This document shows, piece after piece, positions 1-10,700 of a stretch of 64,000 nt of DNA. The position numbers and the translations under genes were made by a program. This DNA is from a virus, in IMG/VR virus record IMGVR_UViG_3300021400_000020, positions 32,964 through 96,963 of that record. The stretch is one strand, 5' to 3'. The notes beneath the pieces are model-generated. The model was not told the origin of the DNA. It searched no databases and was given only the letters and a program-made list of their open reading frames with translations. Within the stretch, counting starts at the first letter, position 1, and each line of letters begins with the position of its first letter.

Positions 1-515
1 CTCCATGCAAGGAAGGTGAAACCATCCTCCGCATCGACGGATGTAAGGAGACCGACGAGAAGTCAATGGGTGAGCGCATCATCAAGTACGTTGAGAAAGC
101 CAACACCAACGGAGCCTACATCCCAATCGGTTCCTACGGGCAGTTCCCTGTCGTAGTCAAGTCGGAAACCGTCACCAACTCAACAGGAGACACACACACC
201 GTCACTCGTATGTTTGTTCGTGGCGAAACAACTTACTACTGCACCAACAACGGAAACGTGCCTATATCTCCTATCTATGCAGCACGTCAGCCACAGCAGT
301 CACTCACCAAGATTCCGGCACTCATTGCCAAACTGACTGAGGAAAACGTTCAGCTGGCTCGATCCATCGAAGAACTCACTCCAATCATCAACAAGCCTTG
401 GCATAAGGAAGACGAACTGAAGAAGCTGCGCAATGAACTTGCACAACTCGACAAGAAAATCGCAAGCTCCCTCAATGCACAAGAGCGTGAGATGTCCACG
501 GAGGAAGAGGACTAA
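1..515 (+). CDS. 3' part of a CDS that enters from upstream of the window (hypothetical; coiled-coil then acidic tail)
   Basis: The frame of ORF 66..515 stays open back to nt 3 with no stop, so the Met at 66 is probably internal. No motif recognised. Confidence 0.55.
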   Translation, partial: PCKEGETILRIDGCKETDEKSMGERIIKYVEKANTNGAYIPIGSYGQFPVVVKSETVTNSTGDTHTVTRMFVRGETTYYCTNNGNVPISPIYAARQPQQSLTKIPALIAKLTEENVQLARSIEELTPIINKPWHKEDELKKLRNELAQLDKKIASSLNAQEREMSTEEED

Positions 516-620
516 ACTCAACCATCGGTTTGCGGAATGACTCACACATTCCGCAAACCTCCATCCAAAGATAACTAACTTAACAAGGGAGTAGCACCTG
601 CCCTGAGTGGTGCGCTGAAT

Positions 621-1073
621 ATGAGTTGTTTTATTATTGACAAGATTGAGTATGTGAAGGCAGCTGGACTTCTCTACGGCGTCACAGAACAAGACGAAGA
701 CATGCTTCACTCGCGTTTCCTGGCAAACATCCGAGAGAACTTCATGGATGCCTACAAGAAGAACGTGCAAAGCGTTAACGAACGCTACAACGAAAACACC
801 AAACCCGAAGAAGAGGAATACGATGAGATGTTTGAAGTCTATCGGGTGTTGGGACATGAGATTGGTACCAACACGAACGCCACCATGAACATGGAACAGT
901 TCCGATGGAGCCTGTATCACTTCTTTGGCTCGGTCCTCTACCAAATCGAGAACCAACAACTGCACATGGAAGTGTCCGCATACTTCTACCAGGTAATGAC
1001 AAACCTCTTCTATAAAAAGATTCACCAATCTGGAACTTGGTGGGGTGAAGTCTCCGTTGATGCTAATGCCTAA
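621..1073 (+). CDS. hypothetical protein (150 aa)
   Basis: ATG-initiated ORF co-oriented and tightly packed with its neighbours. The antisense ORF 300..1112 looks like a shadow. Confidence 0.55.
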   Translation: MSCFIIDKIEYVKAAGLLYGVTEQDEDMLHSRFLANIRENFMDAYKKNVQSVNERYNENTKPEEEEYDEMFEVYRVLGHEIGTNTNATMNMEQFRWSLYHFFGSVLYQIENQQLHMEVSAYFYQVMTNLFYKKIHQSGTWWGEVSVDANA

Positions 1074-1119
1074 TATATAATAAGGTGTGATAAGTGAAAA
1101 GCAAAAATTCAAAATCGCA

Positions 1120-1470
1120 ATGGGAACAAAAAGAAAACCAAACTATAGTGCAAAGATTGCCAACATGAACCGCGCTATGATTAACGAAATGTGGAACATC
1201 ATAGGACAGCGGGCTAAGACCGATGACCGTTATAAAGCATCGAATCAATTTTGCGAGCGCACTTTCGAGAGCGAACATGAAGTTTGCGAGGTGTCGTTTG
1301 GCGGGCATGACTATGGTGTGACAGGCATTCGCATTGAAGAACATTGGAAATGGGGTAGAAGTGTTAGTATCACAGCGCATGATGGTTATGATTACTCAGG
1401 TCTTGATACTGAAAGTTTGTGCGTTTTGCTCTCTGCTTTGCGCCGCCAGCGTTGCAGAAAGGTAGCTTGA
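1120..1470 (+). CDS. hypothetical protein (116 aa from the first ATG)
   Basis: The ORF-track start at 1087 is GTG. The first in-frame ATG is at 1120. Confidence 0.5.
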   Translation: MGTKRKPNYSAKIANMNRAMINEMWNIIGQRAKTDDRYKASNQFCERTFESEHEVCEVSFGGHDYGVTGIRIEEHWKWGRSVSITAHDGYDYSGLDTESLCVLLSALRRQRCRKVA

Positions 1471-1540
1471 CAATTCCGTTACTCCTTAACTCCGTAGATA
1501 TAAAATCAAAATCAGTTGTAATATAATAAGGTATAAGACT

Positions 1541-1720
1541 ATGGCAAAGAAAACAACGAAAGCAGAACTCAGACACGCCATCTTTAAATTCAAAGATGCG
1601 ATCCGTGAAGAACTCGTCAACAACTATGCAAAGTACGGAGAGAACCCTCCGAACATCGAACTTTGGAAGAAGATGCACGACATCTGGAACGAAATGAACG
1701 AGTATTGCAAATCCATCTAA
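1541..1720 (+). CDS. small hypothetical protein (59 aa, MAKKTTKAELRH...)
   Basis: ATG at 1541 and TAA at 1718-1720, just below the ORF-track cutoff. It fills an otherwise empty gap and is followed by a 14-bp-stem hairpin. Confidence 0.45.
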   Translation: MAKKTTKAELRHAIFKFKDAIREELVNNYAKYGENPPNIELWKKMHDIWNEMNEYCKSI

Positions 1721-1726
1721 TCTCAA

Positions 1727-1760
1727 AACCTGCTGCACAACATATTTTGTGCGGCAGGTT
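1727..1760 (+). terminator. strong hairpin after the small ORF (possible terminator or processing site)
   Basis: AACCTGCTGCACAA / TTGTGCGGCAGGTT, a 14-bp stem with one G-U pair and loop CATATT. There is no T-tract afterwards. Confidence 0.35.
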
Positions 1761-1840
1761 AATCCAAGAAACCCGTGTAACTTTGCATGGGATAGTCACT
1801 AACTAAAACAGCCCTCGACAACACGGTTAAGTCATGAATC

Positions 1841-2527
1841 ATGAAAAAAGTATTCGATTCCATTAACCTTGACATTCCTGAAGTGGAATCCTTTATCGAA
1901 GAACAAGGTCTTTCGTTCGTATGTAATGACAAGATGCAGGTGGAAGCATCAGAAGAGGATTTTGAAACCCTCTTGGAACGTTTCCCTTTCATCGACTATG
2001 TGGAAGCAGAAGAAAAATCCTTGCAAGATATTGCAGACGAGAATGACTTGTTAGTCGTTGAAACAACCAGCTCGCGCAATGGTTACCCATCGAATCTACG
2101 TAAGGCAATCACAGGATTCAGCGGCTTTGAAGAAGCAAAACGTATTGCAAGTGAGAACGGACTGACACTTGTCTGGCTTGATTTGCGTGAAGGTTGGAAA
2201 CTCTGGCATCGTGGCGACACCGCCACTGAACCGATGACCATCACCAGCAACGACTTCGGAGACGACTACAACTTTGAGGACAACAGCGAAGAAATCATGC
2301 AGTGTGCTTACGATGTGATAGCAGACTTAGCTAACCAAGGTGCATCGTTTGACGACATTCGTTCCTACATGGCGAAGGTGGAAAAGATAACAGATGCTAT
2401 CAAGAAGGCAGACTACCGCCAAGTGGTTGTAACCTATAAAGGTGAATACTACGACACCATCGAGGAGCACCCTATCTATTTCCACTTCGATTCCAAGTAC
2501 ACACAACTTGCCGCAATAGAATCATAG
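1841..2527 (+). CDS. acidic hypothetical protein (228 aa)
   Basis: Clean ATG ORF with an Asp/Glu-rich composition. No motif recognised. Confidence 0.6.
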   Translation: MKKVFDSINLDIPEVESFIEEQGLSFVCNDKMQVEASEEDFETLLERFPFIDYVEAEEKSLQDIADENDLLVVETTSSRNGYPSNLRKAITGFSGFEEAKRIASENGLTLVWLDLREGWKLWHRGDTATEPMTITSNDFGDDYNFEDNSEEIMQCAYDVIADLANQGASFDDIRSYMAKVEKITDAIKKADYRQVVVTYKGEYYDTIEEHPIYFHFDSKYTQLAAIES

Positions 2528-2538
2528 CGAATCATATT

Positions 2539-2564
2539 AACCCCATAAACCCCATTACCCCATG
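2539..2564 (+). repeat. CCCCATNAA nonamer array running into the ATG of the 2562 gene
   Basis: AACCCCATAAACCCCATTACCCCATG. The last unit supplies the AT of the start codon. Confidence 0.8.
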
Positions 2565-2981
2565 AAAAAAATAATCACCCTGATAGCACTCTTGTGCATC
2601 ACCATCACACTCTCCGCACAGAACAACAACCCTCGTCCAGACGACATCTATTCCCTTGCCAATGGTTATAACGAGAAAGTCCAAAAGGAAAAAATCAATC
2701 AGGAACGCATGGCGAAAGTAGAAGCCAACAAGAACGCCATCTTTGCAGCTGGCACAGCACTCAAGTCATCCGCCAACTGGCAATGGGTAGCTTTCGGCAG
2801 TGCAGCCGTCGGTGGAGCAACATTAGCCATCGGCTTCGACCAGAAAGAGGATGCACTGAAAATCGTCGGTTACACCTGCATGGGCTTCGCACTCGTCTCG
2901 CAAGTCGTTTCCATCACCAAGAAATACAAGGCAGGAAAACAACTCCAAATCGGTGCAGGAAAAATTACCTACACCTTCTAA
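2562..2981 (+). CDS. secreted or membrane protein (139 aa)
   Basis: Signal-peptide-like N-terminus MKKIITLIALLCITITLSAQ, plus Gly/Ala-rich hydrophobic segments near the C-terminus. Confidence 0.6.
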   Translation: MKKIITLIALLCITITLSAQNNNPRPDDIYSLANGYNEKVQKEKINQERMAKVEANKNAIFAAGTALKSSANWQWVAFGSAAVGGATLAIGFDQKEDALKIVGYTCMGFALVSQVVSITKKYKAGKQLQIGAGKITYTF

Positions 2982-3013
2982 ATGCCATCCGATATAATCG
3001 ACTGAACCATCGC

Positions 3014-3099
3014 GCTCACCACGTTCCGACGAATGGTGAGCCACATCGGGTAGGGGATGCTCGACAGTCCTCTACCCACTCCTTCACCCATCTTGGGTG
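3014..3099 (+). other. three consecutive hairpins in non-coding DNA
   Basis: Stems GCTCACCA/TGGTGAGC (3014-3041), GGGTAGGGGA/TCCTCTACCC (3048-3077) and CACCCA/TGGGTG (3085-3099). Confidence 0.4.
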
Positions 3100-3168
3100 A
3101 CGTGTTTCATGTTGTTGCACATTTTTAGTTGCGCACATGATGTATTTAAAAGTTTGAAAATTTTTTGG

Positions 3169-3200
3169 AGTGGCTGCCCGTGAGGGTCGCCACTTTTTCT
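3169..3200 (+). terminator. rho-independent terminator-like hairpin
   Basis: AGTGGC-T-GCCC [GTGA] GGGT-C-GCCACT followed by TTTTTCTTTC. The loop is a GNRA-type tetraloop. Confidence 0.55.
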
Positions 3201-3316
3201 TTCGAAAATTATGTTCTACAACATATTTCCCAAAATAATTAGAAAATAATTTGGCAGTTCAAACCGAAAACCATACATTTGCACTGTCAAAACCAGAATT
3301 GCGGTACGAAATGGAT

Positions 3317-3339
3317 GCCGCCCAACAGCGGCTATTTTT
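3317..3339 (+). terminator. weak terminator-like hairpin
   Basis: GCCGC CCAACA GCGGC followed by TATTTTT. The stem is only 5 bp. Confidence 0.3.
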
Positions 3340-3481
3340 GTATCTGCCAACATTGTAATAAACCTATTATATCCTATAGGCAATAATGAGTCGGGTAGTG
3401 GTGACACCCCGAAAGTTTCCGCAGTTTTGGACTTTGACAACTCTTATTGCCTATTTTTTATTTTGTCAAAACCAAAACTTT

Positions 3482-3928
3482 ATGAGTAAAAGAATCAAAG
3501 CCCTTACAAATCAGCAGCGTGACTATGCCAAGATGCTGAAGGAGTATTTCAGCTTCCATCTTCGAGGCATGGAAGTGAAGGAAGAAGGCGGCCAGGTACA
3601 GGCGCAAGTCATCTACAGCGATTACAAGCACATCGACACCGTTCGACACGAACTCGCACAGATGATGCCAGAAGTGGAATTCACAAAGCTTCGACGCGAC
3701 TTTTCCGATTCGGCAAAGATGTGGGCGTTGCGAAGCATCTTATGGGAAGACTGCCCTGTGCCTGTCATCTACGTGCAGCGTGGAGAAACGCTCGTCCAAA
3801 CCACACTCCGAGACATCGCCATCAGCGAACTCCGACAACTGGAACTCGAAGACGGCGACATCCAGTATCAGGATTACGAGACAAAGCATCTCGACAACGA
3901 ACGACTCGAAGAAAACTCTTGGAATTAA
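3482..3928 (+). CDS. hypothetical protein (148 aa, MSKRIKALTNQQ...)
   Basis: The ORF-track start at 3386 lies in AT-rich non-coding-looking DNA. The ATG at 3482 follows the AT-rich region. Confidence 0.55.
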   Translation: MSKRIKALTNQQRDYAKMLKEYFSFHLRGMEVKEEGGQVQAQVIYSDYKHIDTVRHELAQMMPEVEFTKLRRDFSDSAKMWALRSILWEDCPVPVIYVQRGETLVQTTLRDIAISELRQLELEDGDIQYQDYETKHLDNERLEENSWN

Positions 3929-3957
3929 CCACCGTGCCCGAAAGTTCTGCTTTCGGG
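3929..3957 (+). repeat. type-A hairpin element (CCACCGT box + CCCGAAAG/CTTTCGGG stem)
   Basis: CCACCGTGCCCGAAAGTTCTGCTTTCGGG: an 8-bp stem and a 5-nt loop. Confidence 0.85.
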
Positions 3958-3960
3958 ATT

Positions 3961-3996
3961 CCCATTCATCAACCCCATCAACCCCATTTTCCCATG
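3961..3996 (+). repeat. CCCAT/CCCCAT repeat array running into the ATG at 3994
   Basis: CCCATTCATCAACCCCATCAACCCCATTTTCCCATG. Confidence 0.75.
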
Positions 3997-4158
3997 ATTC
4001 TACTACTTATCATCGGCTCCCTCGTCTCAGCCATTATCGACATCCTCTTGAAGAGACGTAACGGCTTCACGACCGAAGAGCAAGCCCTGCTCCAGTCGAA
4101 CAGCATCAACGAGGACGAACTCCGAGAACTCCGCAAGAACCTCTCCAACTTCAGGTAA
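3994..4158 (+). CDS. small membrane protein (54 aa)
   Basis: MILLLIIGSLVSAIIDILL gives an N-terminal TM helix. It lies in the frame of track ORF 3721..4158, but its start sits directly after the hairpin/CCCCAT cassette. Confidence 0.5.
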   Translation: MILLLIIGSLVSAIIDILLKRRNGFTTEEQALLQSNSINEDELRELRKNLSNFR

Positions 4159-4162
4159 TCCA

Positions 4163-4228
4163 CCACCGTTCCCGAAAGTTCTGCTTTCGGGTATTGTCCT
4201 TCTCAGTACCCGAAAGTTCCGCTTTCGG
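4163..4228 (+). repeat. type-A hairpin followed by a type-B-like hairpin
   Basis: CCACCGTTCCCGAAAGTTCTGCTTTCGGG (hairpin 4171-4191), then TCTCAGTAC + CCGAAAGTTCCGCTTTCGG (4210-4228). Confidence 0.85.
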
Positions 4229-4230
4229 TT

Positions 4231-4264
4231 CCCCATCAACCCCATTAACCCCATCAACCCCATG
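4231..4264 (+). repeat. perfect 9-nt periodic array CCCCATCAA CCCCATTAA CCCCATCAA CCCCATG
   Basis: Read directly from the sequence. The final unit contains the start codon of the 4262 gene. Confidence 0.9.
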
Positions 4265-4558
4265 CTTACACTCAACGATATCCGCAAACTGCAAGGTCCA
4301 GACTCCGACATCGAATGGACTTGCACCTCCATCAGCGAGGAACTGTCAGAGACATGCAGGAACTTCTTCACCCTGCCCATCCTCCTCACACTCTTTTTCA
4401 AGTTCGAAGTAGAGTGGGAGGGACACCTGCTCGAAATGCAGCAGAACGCATCCAACGTAAAGCTGCGACTCGACAACCGAACTGCCACCATCCCCGTCAA
4501 CACCCGTGGCTACGTCACCTCCTCCGACTACGCTCAAGCATTTGCCTCCCTTGTCTAA
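4262..4558 (+). CDS. hypothetical protein (98 aa)
   Basis: The ATG is embedded in the last CCCCAT unit. This is the last + strand gene before the convergent junction. Confidence 0.5.
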   Translation: MLTLNDIRKLQGPDSDIEWTCTSISEELSETCRNFFTLPILLTLFFKFEVEWEGHLLEMQQNASNVKLRLDNRTATIPVNTRGYVTSSDYAQAFASLV

Positions 4559-4591
4559 TTCCGTTGTTTCCCTGCAATCCTTTTTCTCTCG

Positions 4592-4656
4592 CCACCGTCC
4601 CCGAAAGTTTCGCTTTCGGTCTTTGATTTCTCAGTACCCGAAAGTTTTGCTTTCGG
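4592..4656 (+). repeat. type-A + type-B hairpin pair
   Basis: CCACCGTCCCCGAAAGTTTCGCTTTCGG (4601-4619), then TTTCTCAGTAC + CCGAAAGTTTTGCTTTCGG (4638-4656). Confidence 0.85.
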
Positions 4657-4667
4657 CACAAAAGCGA

Positions 4668-4704
4668 GGAAGTGACAACAACCGTTGCCACTTCCCTGCT
4701 TTTT
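4668..4704. terminator. bidirectional terminator at the convergent junction
   Basis: GGAAGTGACAAC [AACC] GTTGCCACTTCC pairs at 11 of 12 positions. TTTTT lies downstream on the + strand and TTTT downstream on the - strand. It sits between the 4558 (+) and 4717 (-) stops. Confidence 0.55.
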
Positions 4705-4716
4705 CGTGTTTGTCAA

Positions 4717-7700
4717 CTATCCTCTACCTCTGCGTTGCATGAACCTTTCAGCCTTCTTCATCCGCTGACGAACTCCATTGTCGCCATACATGTCCACGTG
4801 GGCATCAATGCCAGCTTCCAACTGTGCATGAAGGGCTTTGAGCATCGCGGTATTCGCGGCAATCAAAGACTGCATACCTTCCATGCTGTCACCACCATCG
4901 TCCACCGCTGCACCCGCATCGGTCGTTGTGCCAATCTCGTCAAGATTGCCATCCGCATAAGTGGCAACACCTCGTTGCTTCCTCCGCTTCGGATAGTTAG
5001 GAATGACACCCGTCTTACTGAGCACTTGAATGTTGTCCCAGATTTCAGGGTAGTTCAGAACCAGCTTCTGCGTCGTTGGTCCATCAATCACGGCTTCAGG
5101 CATCTTCTCTGAGAAGATACCATAATGCGCACCACCTCGGTAAATCTTCGTCTGTAGCTTGTCCTCGCGCTTAGCCATGTAAGTCTCACCATCTGCACCC
5201 AACACAGGATAACGACCTTCAGCATAGGTGAGGAAACCTGCTTTCAACTGTCCCGAACTGGCTCCCGTGGCAGCGGCTACCTCGCTCTTGCTCTTATTGA
5301 TAGCACCTAAAGCGAGTCCTAACAGCGAACTCAAAGCAAGACTGATGGCAGCACCGATGGCGAGACCCAGCCAGCCTTTCTTGGCAACTTCTTGCGATGT
5401 TCCTTTTATGCCACCAACGGCTGCTTCTGCCGTGCTCGTACTGCCTTCCACTTCCAGCTCGGCAATCTTCTTAGCACCGTAGTCCGCTAAGCTCTTTTGA
5501 CGAAGGGCTTGTATCTGCGTTTGCTTCTGCGCTTCAAGTTGCACCTCCATCTGGTCCACCGTGCGCTTGGTGCTGACTTGTATCAGATACTGCTGAACCA
5601 AGTTCTTGGTCGTCGTCAACACGTCGGTCAACAACTGCTTGGCGGCATTCTGGCGGTCTTCCTTGCTACCAAATACACCCTCGCCGAAACTCTGGGCAAA
5701 ACTGCTCATCTCATTGCTGTATTCCTGCAAGGTGTCGAAGTCTCGTGCTGCACGCTCCACCATCTTCTGCATATACTTCTCTTGCAAATCGGTCATGGCA
5801 GTGTAGCTGTCACTCAGAGCGATATTCTGCTCCTCCTGCAACTCCCTCACCGACATCTGCAAGCTGGCGCGACGTGCCTCTAACGACTGAATCTCGTTCT
5901 CGGCTGCCTTGCGCTCTTCGTCGGACATAGAACTGCTGCGACGGGCATAGTCCAACTCCTTGGCGGCAAGACGGGCAGTCGTCTCGGCTTCCTGAGCCTT
6001 CATGTTCTCGATGTGCTTGTCTGTCTCCTGCTGCAAGAGGGCGATATAGGCTTTCTTGGCTTCCATCTGAGCATAAATCACGTCTATCTCAGCATTGGCG
6101 GAAACCAACTCACCACCAAAGCCCCAACTGCTGGCATAGTTCGCGGCAGTCTGCCCCGACTGGCTTCTGCGCTCTCGGTCTTCGGCTAACTCGCTCTGAG
6201 TCCTGCCACCAAGTCCCTCTTCCCTGCGACCTGTCCAAATCTTGTCAGCCACACGGGTGTACTCCTTGGCTGCCTTGCGCTCGGCATCGATGATGTCGTC
6301 GGAATACTGCTGGAGCTTCTGAAGAAAGGCGGTCAACTCGGCATCGGCATTGTCTCCTAAGCCCTCAAACCACACGTGGTAGATATTATCCTCCTTGCGC
6401 ATGGCTTCTTTCAGCTGCTCGATGGTCAGGGAATAGGCATCCCTCGCCCATGTCTGCAACTGCGCCAGACGCTTCTCGGCTAATGCCTTCGTGCGCTCCT
6501 CGGCTTCTTCGTTGATACCGAAGATAAAACCGATGGTGTCCATCGACCGACGAAACTCTTCACGCACCTTGCCGGTGAAGTCACCCTCAAGAAGTATCTT
6601 CTCGATGGCATCCTTGTGCTTGTGAATAATCTCCTGTATCTTGGTAGCATCCTCCTGCATCTTACGGGTGGCTCCGTCATACTCACTGCGCACATCATAC
6701 ATGAACTTCTGAATCAGGCTCCAATTCGCCTTTCTCAACTTCAGTTCATTGTTCCAGTGCTCCACAAACTGCTTGCTCTCCGTGGCGTTGAGCTGCTTCG
6801 TCCACTGCTTTCTCAACTTCATCCTGTCAGCCAACCAGACAAGTTCATTCTCGTTGTTCCTGCGCTCGGCTTCCTCCTCGGTAATGGATTCCTCGGCTAA
6901 CCGCTGCTTGATAAGGGCTTCACGCTCCTGGTAGTAGGCATCCAACTGCGCGAGAGTGGCATCACGCTCGTCTTTTGCCTCACGCTTCCATTTGTCCTTG
7001 TCACGATCGCTATTCTTGTCACTCTTATAGTTGCCTTGAATTGTGTCGTGGCGACGGTCAAGCTCTGCCTTCACCTTGTCATACTCTTCCTTCACACTTC
7101 TCTGAGCATCCTCCATGCTCATACTGTCATCAAGCACTCCCTTCTTCACGAGGTCGGCATAAATCTTGCTGAATTGCTGCCCCACTTTCAAGCCGTTCTC
7201 AACCACGCTGTCCAGATAATCAGCATAGTTCTTCAAGGTCTCGGTATCCATTTTGTCAAGGGTGGTACCATTCTTTCCCCATACATTCGGATGGGCAATG
7301 TCCTCCCACTGATTACGTACCTGTCCTTGCAGATAGCGGTTGTTGTTCTCCACACGCTGAAGCACCTGACCGCTCATCCGTGGACCTGCCTGATGAGCAA
7401 GGTTCTGATAGTCGGCTGAGAGTTCAACGAGACGCTGGGCTAACTGCTGACGTTCTTTCTTGTCGGTACTGCCATTGAACTGCTTCTGCAAGTTCTGAAT
7501 CTCCTTGAGGGTGCTATTCAGCATCTTCAAGGTGTCTTGGTAGCTACGGGTGACAGCTTCGTCCATCTGAGCACCTGTACTCTCTGCAAGACGCACACGC
7601 TCACCACGCTCCTTCACAAGGTCGTTCCACAACTTCTTGATGTCGTCGAAATTATCATAGATGGCATCCTTGGCAGTCTTGTTCAGCTTCAAGCCACTCT

Positions 7701-10700
7701 GCGTAATGAGATATTCCATCATGTTACCTTGACGCATGTTCTGAACGCCCCAGTTGTCCTGGCTGTTTTTCAACTCCGACTTAGGAAGGGCATCCACCAG
7801 TCGCTGCATCGTCCTACGAAGCGCACTCTCAATGACACTCGTATTGCGGTCGCCTACTTCCTCGGTCAACTTGTCGCGCACGCCCGTCCAACGGTTTTCA
7901 CGAGTCGTTCCATACTTCTCTTCCAACAGCTTTTCAGCGGCTTCCTGCTTCTTCAGCACGATAGTTTCACGAATCTTGCTGTTCAGGAGGTCACGGGCTT
8001 GCGTCTGGTTCTTTAATAGGTTCGTCTCGCTAAGTTGAAAACCGAGGTAGCTCTGCATCACGCCATTTAAGTCGTTAATCGTCTTCTTCAACTCTCGATG
8101 GCTATCTACATTCTGCTCATTGTTCTTGGTGAGCTGGGAAATACGATCCGAGAGTTGACGACTCTTTGCAATCATCTCGTCCTCCTCCTTGGCGGCGGCA
8201 GCGATGGCTTCGTTAAACTCCTTTGTGGCTTCTACTCCCTTGCGGATGTACTGAATCAACTTAATGATACCATCAAGCACAGCGAATACAATAAAGGTCT
8301 TGAGTGCCGACTTCAATCCTTCTATCGCCACCTTGAATGTCTGTGCAGCTCCTTGGGCTGCAACCAGCCGCTGCCAGAACTGCTTGAGGGCTCTGCTACC
8401 ATGTTCCAAGGCTTGACGAAACTTCGTGCCGATATTCAACTGAAGGGAAATCAACGTAAGAATAAGCGCCTTGATGGTGGATTGCCACGAGACGATACTC
8501 TGAGAACCTTTCTGCATCCACGAAAGGAAATTGCCCAAGCCCTTGATGATACCATTGAAGAAGTCATAGATAACACTGTTGGTAAACAGCTCATTGAAGG
8601 CATTTCTCAGTCGGGCAAGACTACCTGCGGCATTATCCTGCACCTTCGTGAACTCACGCGACATCACACTCACATTGCCCATACCGACGGTGGCACTCTC
8701 ATAACCCTCACTGGCATACTGCAAGGCATCACCCAAGGCAGCGGTATTTGTCGCCAGAGAACTGAGCGTCATCGCCAGTCCTGCACTCTGTTTCATGCGT
8801 CCTGTACCCACGGCATTCATCACCTCCTGCACCTTACCTGCCCTGTCTTCGGCATCCTCAATCTTTTCCAACACGGCAACCAAGGCTTCATAGCTCTTGC
8901 CCTCGTCAATCAGACTTTGCAGATAGGTAGGAGCCAGCTCTGCGGCTTTCGCCATCTCGAAGGTGTGGTTCATCACGCCACGAATCAAGTGTATCAAGGC
9001 GGTACTGCCCTGCTCTGCACTGATACCGACGGCATCCAAACGTCCTCCCAAGGCAATCAGTTGGGGCATGGTCATCTTGGCTGTAGCACCCACTGCGCCA
9101 AGTCTTCTCACGTACTCCATGATACCCTGATAGCTGGCGGCGGTATTGTTACCGAGGTTCAGAATGGAACTACCTGCGGCATCCAAGGCTTCGCCAACAT
9201 CGTCACCATGTTTTTTCGTCTCACCCAGCACGTCATTCACCTTTGCCAGTCCTGCAATGGCTTCCGCTCCACCAATATCTTCACCAAGGGTGGCATTGAT
9301 ACGTTCACCCATCTCCACGAAACCCTTCATGCCTTCAAGCCCATGCTCGGTATAGATACCTAACTTACCTGCTTGCGTGGCAAACTCCATCAGGTCGTGG
9401 GTGGTGGTGCGGGTGTCGAGGTCCTGCAAGCTCTTCGACAAGCGGCGCACCTCCTCAGTCGTCATGTTCGTTACCTTCTGCACATTCGTCATCTGGTCAC
9501 TGAGTTCCATGATATGCCCGAACTGCTTGCGTACCTCGTTCATGATGGCATTGAAGCCCAGATAGACGGCGATATAGCTTTTGAGTCGGTTGATGGCGCC
9601 ACGAATACCACTTTGATGATGTGTCCAAGTTTCTGTCAACTCCTTCATCTGCTTGTCAATGGCTTTCATCTGCGCCGCCTTCGCTATATACTCGTCCTGC
9701 GTCAGTTCTGTATTGTTGATTTCGAATTTCAGACGCTTATACGCCATCCTCAATTCGTCGATATTCTTCACACCCTTTGGGTTTTTAAGAATTTCATCAA
9801 ACCGCTCGGCAGTCAAGGTGGCAGTCTCCTGCAACATGTCGAGACGCTGTAACTCGCGCTCAACGGCAATGATTTTTTCTTGTCCGTCCTTGCTCGTCAC
9901 GTCAAGCGTACTCTTATAGGCACGGAGTCCATTGCGTAAGCGGTCGAGGTCGGTCAACGTACCCTTGAAGCCATTGCCGCTGTTCACATTCTCCAAGTAT
10001 TTCTTGGCTTCCAGCACACGGTCATTGGCTTGCTGCAAGTCGGCAGTCATCTTGCGGATAGTTTCATCAACCCTCGATAAACCTCCCTCATTGGTGGTCT
10101 CCAAGTTCTCCCTGTACTGCTGCAAGAGCTTGATATTCTCCTGAATCTTGGTGGTACTCTGCGACCCCGATGTGTAGTTCATCGCTTGCTGGGCTTTGTC
10201 TTCCAACGAGGTCTGCGCACGATGCTGGATGGTGTCGTTGATGGCTTCCAACTGGTTCTTCACCCGCTCAAGCACCCGCTCTTCCATGTTTCCGGCATCC
10301 ACCATGCCCTGCAAGAAACGTTGCACATCCGACAACTGCTTGTCGGTGGCGTTGCCGATGTCGGCAAGGACATTTCCTCCACCTGTCTTCATCCAGTTAC
10401 TGAACTTAACGCTGTTGATGCGCTTCTCATAAATCGCCCATTGCGATTGGGTCTTGGCAAGGGTCTGCTGCTCCTGCTTCAGCACCTCAATCACACGCAA
10501 ATTCGTGGCAACACTGTTGTTGGAGGCGTTCTCGCTGGTTTGCCAGACAGATTGAAAACCTGCCTTCAGTTCGTTCAAGCGGTTCTTGATGAGCTGCATC
10601 ACCTCCGACTTACGGGCAAACTCCTCGGCGGAAACGCCCGACTTCTGAACCTCGAAACTCAGACGCTCGTAGGCTTGCTCCAACTCCTTCACACTGCGCC

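Noticed and set aside
8098-9363. Long + strand ORFs inside the tape-measure gene (for example 8098..9363 at 421 aa, 10186..10857, 10930..11574) and inside the fibre genes (46793..48562 at 589 aa, 55734..56480, 53874..54461, 60120..60776, 59445..60083).
   Set aside because: These are antisense shadow ORFs of very long, uninterrupted - strand genes. Their products are low-complexity (Leu/Val/His/Gln-rich), and no independent start or regulatory context is visible.
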